From IMG/VR virus record IMGVR_UViG_3300025011_000030, positions 21,651 to 85,650 of that record: a DNA stretch of 64,000 bases; one strand, 5' to 3'. The stretch's first letter is position 1. Each line of letters starts with the position of its first letter. Source of the DNA: a virus. The notes beneath the pieces are model-generated. The model was not told where the DNA came from. It ran no database searches and saw only the letters and a list, made by a program, of their open reading frames with translations. The position numbers and the translations under genes are program-made. Positions 27,717 to 36,739 of this stretch are shown in pieces.

Positions 27717-29927
27717 ATAGCAACTCAACAAATTTCACTACAGGAAATAGGTGCAGCTACCCGATCACTATTTAACCGCATGTCCGATACAGAGTACCTA
27801 TCCATACTAAAGTGGCCGTATTGTTTTACTATTTATGATAAGATGCGCCGCTCAGACGCCCAAATACAGGCGTTACTTTATTGTTTGGAGTTACCTTTGA
27901 GATCAACCAGGTGGTATGTAGAGCCGTATGATAAGAACGACCCTAAGTCGGTGCAGATAGCCGAGTACATTGAGGAAAACTTATTCTCCGGCCCACCTAA
28001 AGGGCTAAGTACCCATTGGGACGATTTTATCCGGCTTACTTGTTTAATGTTTCCATTTGGGCATAGCGTATTTGAGAAGGTTTATGAGGTTGATAATAAA
28101 GGATACGCTAAATGGAAGAAATTCGCCGAAAGACCTCAGGAAACAATAAAAGACTTTACCTATGATGAAAAAGGTGGACCGATATTTATTGAGCAGTATG
28201 CAGCCGGGACTTCTTTTGTGCAAATACCTGTAGAGAACAGCTTAATTTTTACTCACCGTAAAGAAGGTGGGAGGCTACACGGTATCTCGGCTTTACGAGC
28301 ACCGTATAAACACTGGTTTATCAAAGACTTCCTACTTAAAATCAGTAACATTGGTATTGAGAAGAACTATGTAGGAACGCCTGTCGCCAGGCTACCTGAA
28401 AATATAGTTGAAGGCGACAAGGAAGAAGCTGAAAAGATAGTAAGTAACTTGCGGTCAGGTCAGGATGCTGGGGTAGTATTACCTTATGGATTTACCCTTG
28501 ATATGTTTGAAGGTAAGCGAACCGCAGTAGAAGTTCTACCTTACATTCAGTATCAGGATGAAATGATTGCAAAGGCTTTTCTAGCACATTTCCTTCAGTT
28601 AGGTACTGGGAGCGTCGGTAGTTTCGCGTTAGGTAAAGACCAAAGTGACTTCTTTTTAATGTCTCTAAACGCCCAAGGTAACTATATTTGTAACACGATT
28701 AATAGCTATGCCATACCGCAGTTAGTTGACTATAACTGGGATGTAGAAGGTTACCCGAAACTTCGCTGTGATAAAGTAGGTGGTCGCGATACTACAGGTT
28801 TAATTACAGGTGTATCCTCGCTTGTAGCTCAACAAATTATACTGCCGGATCAGGGACTAGAAGAATTTATGCGCGACGTGCTAGCCTTACCCGAGGTTGA
28901 CGAGGATACTATACGAGGCGGCCCAGCTGAAGCATTTGCACAAACTGTTGATGCCGATGGAAACTCTATAAATCCTCAACCTAACAAGCCTGCAGCGAAA
29001 AAGCCTGTTACTCCAGAAGACGGACCACCGAAACTTGATCATAAAGTCGTACCTGTTGACGAGGATGAATCAATAAAGGCTACTGAATGTGGTTGCGGAG
29101 GTAAGCAACTTTCGGATAATGCCGGTATAAAATGGCGCAGGGATTTGACTGTATACGAAAAGCGAATAAAGTTCGCCGATATTAAAGACGAGTTTGATAC
29201 CTCGGAGGCCGAGTTTGTTAAACAGGGAACAAGTATATTAGGCGAACAGTTTGCTCCGTTTTTAAAACAATTAGCCATACTTATTCAAGAAGGTAAGTGG
29301 GAAGAAATAAGTAACTTAACTATTAACAATGGGCCGTTACTCACCTATGTTGAAAGTTACCTTACAGGGTTATTCAACTTCGGTGTCGGTCAGACAGCTG
29401 ATGAACTAGATACTGAAGCACCTGATACTGTGCCTGACGTCAACAAACAACTAATCGCAGTCAGGTCGGCCACAGTAGCAGAGAAGACTATTGTACTCCT
29501 TCGTAGCAAAGTGATTTTTGATACTTTAAATAGTGTTGAGTCTGGAACTAAGCCGAAGGATGCTGTTAAGCAGGCTGAACAAGGGTTGAAAGATGTAATG
29601 AAGAAAGAGTTAGACGGTCATGCAACGGTTCAAACTGCATGGGCCATAAACTCAGGTCGTCATTTTGTTGCAGGTGATAGTGGCGTAAAGGTTGCACAGT
29701 ACTCAGCCATTTTGGACGACCGTACTTGTGCACTATGCCGTGAATTGGACGGGCAGATATTTGACGTAACTTCAAAAGAGTTTAAGAAGTTTACTCCTCC
29801 GGTGCATAATCGGTGCCGGTGCATATTTGCTTATATAATGCCTGACGAAGCTAACCCACCCGACCCGAATTTCAAACCACCTTCAGACGACATAGTTCAA
29901 CGTCATGGAAGCTTTGTACCTAAATAA
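27717..29927 (+). CDS. Mu gp29/DUF935-like portal fused to a MuF (gp30/SPP1 gp7) head-morphogenesis domain
   Basis: Portal-like N-region (YDKMRRSDAQI, GSFALG); C-terminal SAILDDRTCALC..LDG..PPVHNRCRC; probable ATA start after AAGGAGGTGA. Confidence 0.85.
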   Translation: MATQQISLQEIGAATRSLFNRMSDTEYLSILKWPYCFTIYDKMRRSDAQIQALLYCLELPLRSTRWYVEPYDKNDPKSVQIAEYIEENLFSGPPKGLSTHWDDFIRLTCLMFPFGHSVFEKVYEVDNKGYAKWKKFAERPQETIKDFTYDEKGGPIFIEQYAAGTSFVQIPVENSLIFTHRKEGGRLHGISALRAPYKHWFIKDFLLKISNIGIEKNYVGTPVARLPENIVEGDKEEAEKIVSNLRSGQDAGVVLPYGFTLDMFEGKRTAVEVLPYIQYQDEMIAKAFLAHFLQLGTGSVGSFALGKDQSDFFLMSLNAQGNYICNTINSYAIPQLVDYNWDVEGYPKLRCDKVGGRDTTGLITGVSSLVAQQIILPDQGLEEFMRDVLALPEVDEDTIRGGPAEAFAQTVDADGNSINPQPNKPAAKKPVTPEDGPPKLDHKVVPVDEDESIKATECGCGGKQLSDNAGIKWRRDLTVYEKRIKFADIKDEFDTSEAEFVKQGTSILGEQFAPFLKQLAILIQEGKWEEISNLTINNGPLLTYVESYLTGLFNFGVGQTADELDTEAPDTVPDVNKQLIAVRSATVAEKTIVLLRSKVIFDTLNSVESGTKPKDAVKQAEQGLKDVMKKELDGHATVQTAWAINSGRHFVAGDSGVKVAQYSAILDDRTCALCRELDGQIFDVTSKEFKKFTPPVHNRCRCIFAYIMPDEANPPDPNFKPPSDDIVQRHGSFVPK

Positions 29928-29945
29928 AAAGAAGGTTATAACAAA

Positions 29946-30413
29946 ATGATTAAGTATGCTGACATTATTAGTGATTCAATCGTCGACGGCCCAGGTATTA
30001 GGGTCGTCGCTTTTCTTTAAGGTTGTCCTAGAGTTTGTGAGGGTTGTCATAACCTTACCCTCTGTTCAACCGAAGGTGGTATACTAACTACCGAAGAAGA
30101 ATTCGCCGAACTACTGCTGAGTAAATTAACTCCTCTGCATACTGGAGTAACTTTCAGTGGCGGTGATCCGTTAATGCAGGCCGAGGCATTAAATAATGTA
30201 ATAAAATTTTTACGTTTTCGACAAACAGGACTTGACATATGGGTTTATACCGGGTATATTTACGACGAGGTAAAGGATCTACCTGTGATGCAGATGATTG
30301 ACGTATTGGTTGATGGGCCGTTTATTGCAGAGAAGAAAAGCTTGAACTGTGCTTTTCGGGGATCGTCTAACCAACGAGTCATTGAAATTAAATCCGGAAA
30401 ACTGTTATTTTAA
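29946..30413 (+). pseudogene. nrdG: Anaerobic RNR activase with an in-frame TAA at 30018
   Basis: DSIVDGPGIRVVAFL*GCPRVCEGCHN, TFSGGDP, DVLVDGPF, FRGSSNQR. Confidence 0.9.
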
Positions 30414-30429
30414 AGAGGAGGTGAACTTT

Positions 30430-32079
30430 TTGGGTGCAGATGTTGACGGTAAAAATTCAAACAAACGATATAAAGGGAAGTTACAATATCTTCTTAAATT
30501 AGGAGTTGACCCTGTAGTCGCTGCTAGAAAAGCTAGAGGGTATGCCGGAGGTAAAACATCGCCTAAAGCTGGGAAGACTGAAGGTGAACTTGAAGCCGAA
30601 GGTATTACTGCAGGTGAAGATGAGCAGGTTGCCGTGCCGTATAGTACAGCCAACGACTTACCGAGTACAGTTAAGGATGCACTACCTCCCAAAGCGCAAA
30701 AGATATGGATGAAGGCTTATAATTCAGCTACTGAAGACGAAGCTCACGATGCCGATAGTTGCACTATTATCGCTTGGGAAGCTATTAACGAGGCGGGTTA
30801 TACTAAGCAGGCCGAAGGTTGGGTTAAGGCAAGTGACCGTGTAGGTAAAATTCACGGAATGATTGCTCTACAGGAGGCTATGCTCACACCGGCCCCTTCA
30901 GGGTTGCAGTATTCAGCTTCTTCTATGATTGAAATTATGCGAACAGGTCAATGGGATCATCCATTGTACGGTATATTGACAATCACGTCCGAAAGCATGG
31001 ACGGTTTTATAGCTAACTTCTACAATAACGTTAGAGGAATAGACTTGGCTGTAGATAAGGAGCACGAACCGGAAGCTGGAGCATTAGGGTGGTTCAAGAA
31101 ACTTTGGAAAGTACCCAGTGACGACGGTGAAGGTTCTTTCAGCCTTATGGCAGAGATTCAATGGACTTGGCAAGGTGAGCAACTTATTCGCGATGGAGTT
31201 TACCGTTATTTCAGTCCTGAGTTTGACTTTGAATGGACTGACCCGGAAACAGCTAATACTTATAGTAACGTGCTATTCGGTGGTGCTTTGACTAACCGCC
31301 CGTTTATAAAACGTATGGATCCTATTATATTAAGTGAAGACATGATTAATAACCTTGGGTTCGTATTTAATAGGACGAGCGGTAAACAAACAAGTGTTCC
31401 CGGTAGTAACCCGCCTGACAAGGGTTCAGGTAAACAAACCAAAGGAGGAGATGTAGACGTGAAATTATCTAAAGAGCATTATCAGGCCCTTGGATTAAGC
31501 GAAGGTGCTACTGATGAACAAATTCTCGAAGCTATTAAAGCGAAAACTGCAGTCCCACCGACAGGCTTAAAGTTAAGTACCGAACATTTAACCGTTCTCG
31601 GTTTAAGCGAAGGTGCTACTGATGAGCAAGTATTGAATGCCATTAAGGCTGTGAATACCGAAAAGCAAGAAACAGTTCAACTTTCTGAAACTGTTAGACA
31701 TCTTAACGAAAAAATGACTGCCCTACAAGGTCAAACCGAACTGTTGAACAAAGAAAATATCAGGCTGGCTGAAGCTGCGAAAGAAGCTCGTTGGGAAAAA
31801 GTATCTCAAGACGCTTTTCGTGACGGTCGTATGACTGTGACATTAGCTGAAAAGTTTAAGCCGTTATTTGTAGCTAATCCGGATTCTATTGAGCCCATCA
31901 TTGCTAGTTTACCCAAGGTTATTGCAGGCGAAACAGGTACTTCCGGAGCTGCCGGCAGTGCTGCAGGTAGTACTACAAAGTTATCCGAAAGTCAGGATAA
32001 TGTTGCAAAACAACTGGGCCTGAGTGAGGATGCCATGTTGAAAAATGTACCGGCTTATATGAAACCTCAAGGGGAGTAA
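30430..32079 (+). CDS. Mu-like prohead protease/scaffold (gpI) with a ChaB-like domain
   Basis: ChaB PYS..DLP..VKDALP..AQKIWMKAYNSA; protease DKEH..ALGWF..YRYFSPEF..ALTNRPF; scaffold repeats LGLSEGATDEQ. Confidence 0.85.
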   Translation: MGADVDGKNSNKRYKGKLQYLLKLGVDPVVAARKARGYAGGKTSPKAGKTEGELEAEGITAGEDEQVAVPYSTANDLPSTVKDALPPKAQKIWMKAYNSATEDEAHDADSCTIIAWEAINEAGYTKQAEGWVKASDRVGKIHGMIALQEAMLTPAPSGLQYSASSMIEIMRTGQWDHPLYGILTITSESMDGFIANFYNNVRGIDLAVDKEHEPEAGALGWFKKLWKVPSDDGEGSFSLMAEIQWTWQGEQLIRDGVYRYFSPEFDFEWTDPETANTYSNVLFGGALTNRPFIKRMDPIILSEDMINNLGFVFNRTSGKQTSVPGSNPPDKGSGKQTKGGDVDVKLSKEHYQALGLSEGATDEQILEAIKAKTAVPPTGLKLSTEHLTVLGLSEGATDEQVLNAIKAVNTEKQETVQLSETVRHLNEKMTALQGQTELLNKENIRLAEAAKEARWEKVSQDAFRDGRMTVTLAEKFKPLFVANPDSIEPIIASLPKVIAGETGTSGAAGSAAGSTTKLSESQDNVAKQLGLSEDAMLKNVPAYMKPQGE

Positions 32080-32139
32080 GCTTTGTTTCTTCTCTTACCG
32101 TAATATAAATTTAATTTAGCATCAAGGAGGTTATACCTA

Positions 32140-33171
32140 ATGGCTTTAGCTACTGGTAAAGATCGTAAAAGTAAAGACGGTAACATGTTAGCTTTGACTG
32201 TGAAGGCTAACAGTGCAATTTATAAAGGAGCTGCGGTATGTGTAGGTGCGGACGGGTATCTTATTCCCGGTGCAGATACTGCCGGGCTGATTTTCGCTGG
32301 AATAGCTTATGAGTCATTGACAGGTGATGGTGCATTGAAATGCCGAGTTGAACGGAGAGGTTTATTCCTGTTTAGTATTGCTGCAGCTACCATCGCCAAC
32401 ATTGGTGACGCTGTATTCTTGGTTGACGATGATACTGTTGGTGTAGCGGCTACTACAGATAATGACATTTACTGCGGGGTTATTGCTGCTTATGAATCGT
32501 CTACTACAGTATGGGTAGATATTTATCCGGCATTGTTGCAGACTGATGTGGCTGTACACATCGCCGATACTGCTGATGCTCACGATGCTAGTGCAATTTC
32601 GTTAGTTGATGTTGGTACATTTACCGCAGAAACTGAAGTTGAAGGTGCTTTGCAGGAGATTTACCAAGAACTTATTTCAGCTCAAAAGGTTATTCCTATT
32701 CCGTTGAATTCATTCACCTTGGAGGACGGGACTGCTATAACAAAGTATTCTGCAGGCGGAGCAACTCCCGGATTTCAGCAGTTAGCCAATAAAGAGGTTG
32801 TACTAACCTGGGACGGTAACGCTACTCAAACCCCAATTGCCGTCACGGTGCCTTTTGTAGATCCTGGCATCGACGATGCTGCTGCTTGTGTAGTTCACCT
32901 ATTAGCTAGGATGGCCGGAGCAGCTGATACTCCTGTAATTGTGCATGAGGCTTATTTTGGCGCTGGTGATACTGATTGTGCTGGTACAGACCCGGAAGTA
33001 ACTGCTGCAACTTTAGCTGAGTATACCTGCACTATCGCGCACGGAGACGTACCTGCTGCACCGTCAAGCTTGACATTGATTTTAACCCCTACTGCCGGGC
33101 AGATGGCGACTGATGAACTATATATCTATGCTGCTTGGTTAGAGGTAACAAGTAAACTGAAAACTAGCTAA
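32140..33171 (+). CDS. Head decoration/cement-like protein with C-terminal extension
   Basis: Lies between protease and capsid; IYKGAAVC..DDDTV N-domain; HIADTADAHDASAIS linker. Confidence 0.65.
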   Translation: MALATGKDRKSKDGNMLALTVKANSAIYKGAAVCVGADGYLIPGADTAGLIFAGIAYESLTGDGALKCRVERRGLFLFSIAAATIANIGDAVFLVDDDTVGVAATTDNDIYCGVIAAYESSTTVWVDIYPALLQTDVAVHIADTADAHDASAISLVDVGTFTAETEVEGALQEIYQELISAQKVIPIPLNSFTLEDGTAITKYSAGGATPGFQQLANKEVVLTWDGNATQTPIAVTVPFVDPGIDDAAACVVHLLARMAGAADTPVIVHEAYFGAGDTDCAGTDPEVTAATLAEYTCTIAHGDVPAAPSSLTLILTPTAGQMATDELYIYAAWLEVTSKLKTS

Positions 33172-33227
33172 TTAGTATTTAAAGAAATAAGCTTTTATTT
33201 TCATAATTTATTAGGGGAGTGATACAA

Positions 33228-34118
33228 ATGGCTGTAGTAACAAGTGATTATTTAGTTGCTGCTTATCAAGGTCTTTCAGCTATTTACAATGAGACCTTTG
33301 AAGCAACTGTTCCCGAATGGCCTAAAATTGCTATGGAAGCTCCTTCGGATACAGAGTCCGAAGTTTATAACTGGGTCGCTGAAGTACCTGGTATGAAGGA
33401 ATGGGTTGACGAGAGAACGTTAGAAGGACTCAAGCAGTTTAGCTTCACTATTAAGAACAAAGACTGGGAATCCACTATTGCCGTTGACCGTAACACTATG
33501 GAAGACGACAAACTGGGTCAAATCAAGCCACGTATTCAGGACTTGGCAATGGCAGCTAAAACTCACCCGGACGAGTTAGTATTTAACCTGTTAGCTAACG
33601 GGTTCACTACTATTTGTTTTGACGGTCAATACTTCTTCGACGACGATCATCCACTAGCCGACGGTACTACCCAAAGTAATAAATTAACTTTGGCCCTTGA
33701 TGCTACTGGGTTACAAACTGCACTGAGTACAGGCCGTCGCCTTAAGGGTTATACCGGCAGACCGTTGAACATTGTTTTTGATACTTTGTGCGTTCCTCCT
33801 GAACTTGAAATGGCTGCCCGTAAACTTTTGTTCGCCGATGTTAACGACGCCGGTGCTACCAACATTATGAAGGGTATCCTTCCGAACCTTGTAGTTAATC
33901 CGTGGTTGACTGACCCGTCTGATTGGTATATTCTTTGTACCAAGAGACCATTGAAATCTGTTATTTTACAGATGCGCAAACGTCCCGAATTCATTTCTTT
34001 GGATAGGCCGGACGACTACACTGCATTTATGAAGAAGCAGTTCCTTTATGGAGTAGATTCCAGATACAATGTGGGCTTCGGTATGTATCAACTGGCTGTA
34101 GGATCACATGCAGCATAA
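33228..34118 (+). CDS. Mu-like major capsid protein (gpT)
   Basis: YNWV..PGMKEWV, KNKDWESTI.VDR..MEDDKLG, CFDGQYFFD.DHP, YGVDSRYNVGFG. Confidence 0.92.
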   Translation: MAVVTSDYLVAAYQGLSAIYNETFEATVPEWPKIAMEAPSDTESEVYNWVAEVPGMKEWVDERTLEGLKQFSFTIKNKDWESTIAVDRNTMEDDKLGQIKPRIQDLAMAAKTHPDELVFNLLANGFTTICFDGQYFFDDDHPLADGTTQSNKLTLALDATGLQTALSTGRRLKGYTGRPLNIVFDTLCVPPELEMAARKLLFADVNDAGATNIMKGILPNLVVNPWLTDPSDWYILCTKRPLKSVILQMRKRPEFISLDRPDDYTAFMKKQFLYGVDSRYNVGFGMYQLAVGSHAA

Positions 34119-34142
34119 GCATTTTTATATTTAAACTGTACA

Positions 34143-34175
34143 AAGGGAACCTAACTATAATGAGGTTCCCTTTTA
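34143..34175 (+). terminator. Terminator after the capsid gene
   Basis: AAGGGAACCT/AGGTTCCCTT followed by Ts. Confidence 0.7.
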
Positions 34176-34211
34176 ACTAAATTTTAAGTCTACGAAAGGG
34201 AGGGTACATAA

Positions 34212-34391
34212 GTGTTATATTTTATTCGTGCCATTTCTCCTAACGGTTTTTGGAGAGCCGGTATTCATTTTACCCATAAAGGTATTAATGTAGATGCGTC
34301 TTTGTTAACCGATGCCCAGTTCACTGCCATTATGGACGAGCCCATGTTAATCGTTACCGAAATACCTCAAAAGGTTGCTGACGAGGATTAA
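34212..34391 (+). CDS. HI1506-like Mu-type small head-region protein
   Basis: GFWRAGIHF...IMDEPMLIV. Confidence 0.65.
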   Translation: MLYFIRAISPNGFWRAGIHFTHKGINVDASLLTDAQFTAIMDEPMLIVTEIPQKVADED

Positions 34392-34412
34392 ACTGTATTG
34401 AGGTGATTCATT

Positions 34413-34838
34413 TTGGCTTATCATTCTCAGAGTGACGTTGAAGCTTTACTTAAACAATTAAATTTCACGTTTACTGACGTTTCTAAAATAACTTTAACCC
34501 AGCTTCAGCAGTATATTGTAGATACTGATTTGTATGTTGATAACAGGTTGGCACGTATTTATGCAGTGCCGGTAACAGATGCTGAGGCTATGACGATTCT
34601 ACGGCCTGTAGCAGCTCAATTAACGGCTTCAAAATGTTGGCGCATACTATATGCGGCTCAACAAGGTGAAAGTAATAAAGCTAAAGAGTGGGAGCGACTG
34701 TCTGAGACAGTGTTAAAACAAATAATTTCTGCTGAAATGCTGTTCGGTAAAGCTGTTAAATCAAGTTCACATGTTACTCCATGGTCGGCTTTATCCGAAT
34801 CAACTCCTATATGGAAAATGTCTACTGATCAGTGGTGA
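34413..34838 (+). CDS. Head-tail adaptor (Mu gp36-like)
   Basis: MAYHSQSDV..VDNRLARIYAVPV; gene position. Confidence 0.7.
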   Translation: MAYHSQSDVEALLKQLNFTFTDVSKITLTQLQQYIVDTDLYVDNRLARIYAVPVTDAEAMTILRPVAAQLTASKCWRILYAAQQGESNKAKEWERLSETVLKQIISAEMLFGKAVKSSSHVTPWSALSESTPIWKMSTDQW

Positions 34839-34844
34839 TAGGTT

Positions 34845-35369
34845 ATGCTAAATCTTAGATTTGAAGTGGCAGGCGATGTTCAACTCTCCCGAATGCTTGA
34901 TCGAGTGAGTGGTGATTTGTCTAACATGAGGCCCGCTTGGGACAGGATACACGAAAACTTTCTTCGAGGTGAGCACGGTACTTTCGCCATGGAGGGAGCT
35001 TTCGGTGGTAAGGCTAAATGGGCTTCATTGAGTCCTAAGTACAAACTATGGAAAGAAAGTCGCTATCCTGGGCAGCCTATTTTAGTTTTAACAGGTTCGT
35101 TACGAGCGAGTTTAACGCAATCAAGCGACCCTGATCATATATATGAACCTACCGATGCAGGAGTTTCTATTGGTACAAAGATACGTACTCCCAATGGCAG
35201 ATGGAACCTTGGGTTTCTTCATCAAAAGGGAACCAGTAAAATGCCGGAACGTCCTCCGGTTGAATTAACAGCCCAACAGAAAAACGATTGGGTGAATATT
35301 ATGCATGAATGGCTTTGGGACGATGTAATACCGTGGCAGAGACAGAACGAAATGAGGCCGCCGAGGTGA
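34845..35369 (+). CDS. Virion morphogenesis/neck protein (Mu gpG-like)
   Basis: WASLSPKY..ILVLTGSLRASL..HQKGTSKMPERP. Confidence 0.8.
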   Translation: MLNLRFEVAGDVQLSRMLDRVSGDLSNMRPAWDRIHENFLRGEHGTFAMEGAFGGKAKWASLSPKYKLWKESRYPGQPILVLTGSLRASLTQSSDPDHIYEPTDAGVSIGTKIRTPNGRWNLGFLHQKGTSKMPERPPVELTAQQKNDWVNIMHEWLWDDVIPWQRQNEMRPPR

Positions 35370-35375
35370 TAAGCA

Positions 35376-35837
35376 GTGCCAAACGCTGAACAGATAACTG
35401 ATGTTTGTAAGTCAATCATCGCTAATAATATCGAAGCAAAGCTGGCAGAGATAAACGAAAAGAACGGTAAAGGAGTAATCACTCCTGTTCCTGTAGAATA
35501 CTTCAGCCGTGAAATAGACGAAAACATGCTAGTCAATTATCCGGCCTGCAAGATTAGCTATTTAAGATTTTCTAAAATTGAGGAATACACCTGGCGACAT
35601 TATTTGAATATAGAGTTTTACCAGGTCAACCACGATCAAGATGCACTTGAAATACAAATCAAAAGGCTTGCATCAGCAGGTCAAAAAATACTTGAAAAAG
35701 AGCTGAATTGGCATGGATACGGGCATGACCCAAAGGTAACTGATGGGTTCATAAGTTCTGTATTGCCCGTAGAGTCAGGATTCCTTCGGGCCTGTCGGTT
35801 GCAGTTTAGTGTAGATACTATCGAGGAGGGATATTGA
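35376..35837 (+). CDS. Putative tail terminator/completion protein
   Basis: Position before the tail tube; size. Confidence 0.5.
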   Translation: MPNAEQITDVCKSIIANNIEAKLAEINEKNGKGVITPVPVEYFSREIDENMLVNYPACKISYLRFSKIEEYTWRHYLNIEFYQVNHDQDALEIQIKRLASAGQKILEKELNWHGYGHDPKVTDGFISSVLPVESGFLRACRLQFSVDTIEEGY

Positions 35838-36388
35838 TGGCAGTAAATACAAGTTTAATTCATGTTGGGGCCGGTGTTTTGTCCTTAGATGAGGGATTAT
35901 CTACGGCACTGACGGTTGAGGCTACAGAAGAAGGTGGTACTTTAGCTTTTTCAGCAGCCTTGGAAGCTATTGAAATAGATGAGGCTATTGGGCCTGTTGA
36001 AATGTTTATCACTGGTGAAGAATGTACCTTTGCCGTTACCTGTAAAGAAATTGAAGCCGCAAAGGTAAAAATGGCTATGGGTCACGGCACTATCGCGACT
36101 ACTGCTGCCGGGGTAGGTACAAAAGGTAAGGATGTTTTGGAGTTCGGTAGTAGCAGTACAGTGACAAAGCGTACATTAAAGTACACTGTGCCGCGCAAAC
36201 ATAACCCGGCCCTTAACATCGTTGTAGAGCTGTATTATGTTGTCGCTGTTCCTTCGTTGGAAAAGAAATTTACTAAAAAAGGTCAAACCATGATAGCAAT
36301 GACCTTCAAAGCATTGAATGACATGACTAAGATTGCAGGTAAGCGCCTGGGCAAGATAACCTATGAAACTGCCGAAGCAACAAGCTAA
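35834..36388 (+). CDS. Major tail tube protein
   Basis: IHVGAGVL..TEEGG..MTFKAL; position; no sheath gene nearby. Confidence 0.7.
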   Translation: MMAVNTSLIHVGAGVLSLDEGLSTALTVEATEEGGTLAFSAALEAIEIDEAIGPVEMFITGEECTFAVTCKEIEAAKVKMAMGHGTIATTAAGVGTKGKDVLEFGSSSTVTKRTLKYTVPRKHNPALNIVVELYYVVAVPSLEKKFTKKGQTMIAMTFKALNDMTKIAGKRLGKITYETAEATS

Positions 36389-36402
36389 GGAGGGCTAAAT
36401 AA

Positions 36403-36735
36403 ATGGCAAGAACTGCATTGGCTGTACAATCCTGTGCCATCACAGGATTGCTCCCTTTATATACCGCTGCTAATGCCCTTGGGCATAGTGTAGCCAATAA
36501 CGGGGAAACTTTTCTTCATGTTAAAAATGGTGATGCTTCCGACATAACGGTAACGCTTGTCAGTATACCTGACCCGTGGGGACGGACTGGTGACAAAGTA
36601 ATTACCGTATCGGCTGCGAGCGAAAAGATGATAGGGCCTATACCGCCGTTACTATTTAATCAGGCAGACGGTACTGTTAATGTTGATTTTTCAGCTGTCA
36701 CCAGTGTAACTTTAACTGCTGTAAAGTTGAGGTAA
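36403..36735 (+). CDS. Tail-associated small beta-rich protein
   Basis: NNGETFLHVKNG..GPIPPLLFNQADG. Confidence 0.55.
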   Translation: MARTALAVQSCAITGLLPLYTAANALGHSVANNGETFLHVKNGDASDITVTLVSIPDPWGRTGDKVITVSAASEKMIGPIPPLLFNQADGTVNVDFSAVTSVTLTAVKLR

Positions 36736-36739
36736 TGAT

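Noticed and set aside
15260-30020. Stop-codon reassignment (TAG/TAA read as Gln)
   Set aside because: Only two in-frame stops of different types; TAA and TAG end many intact genes, and the helicase also has frameshifts
27717-35369. Transposable Mu-like prophage
   Set aside because: Only the head and neck genes are Mu-like; no MuA/MuB is present, and the phage has its own initiator, loader and helicase
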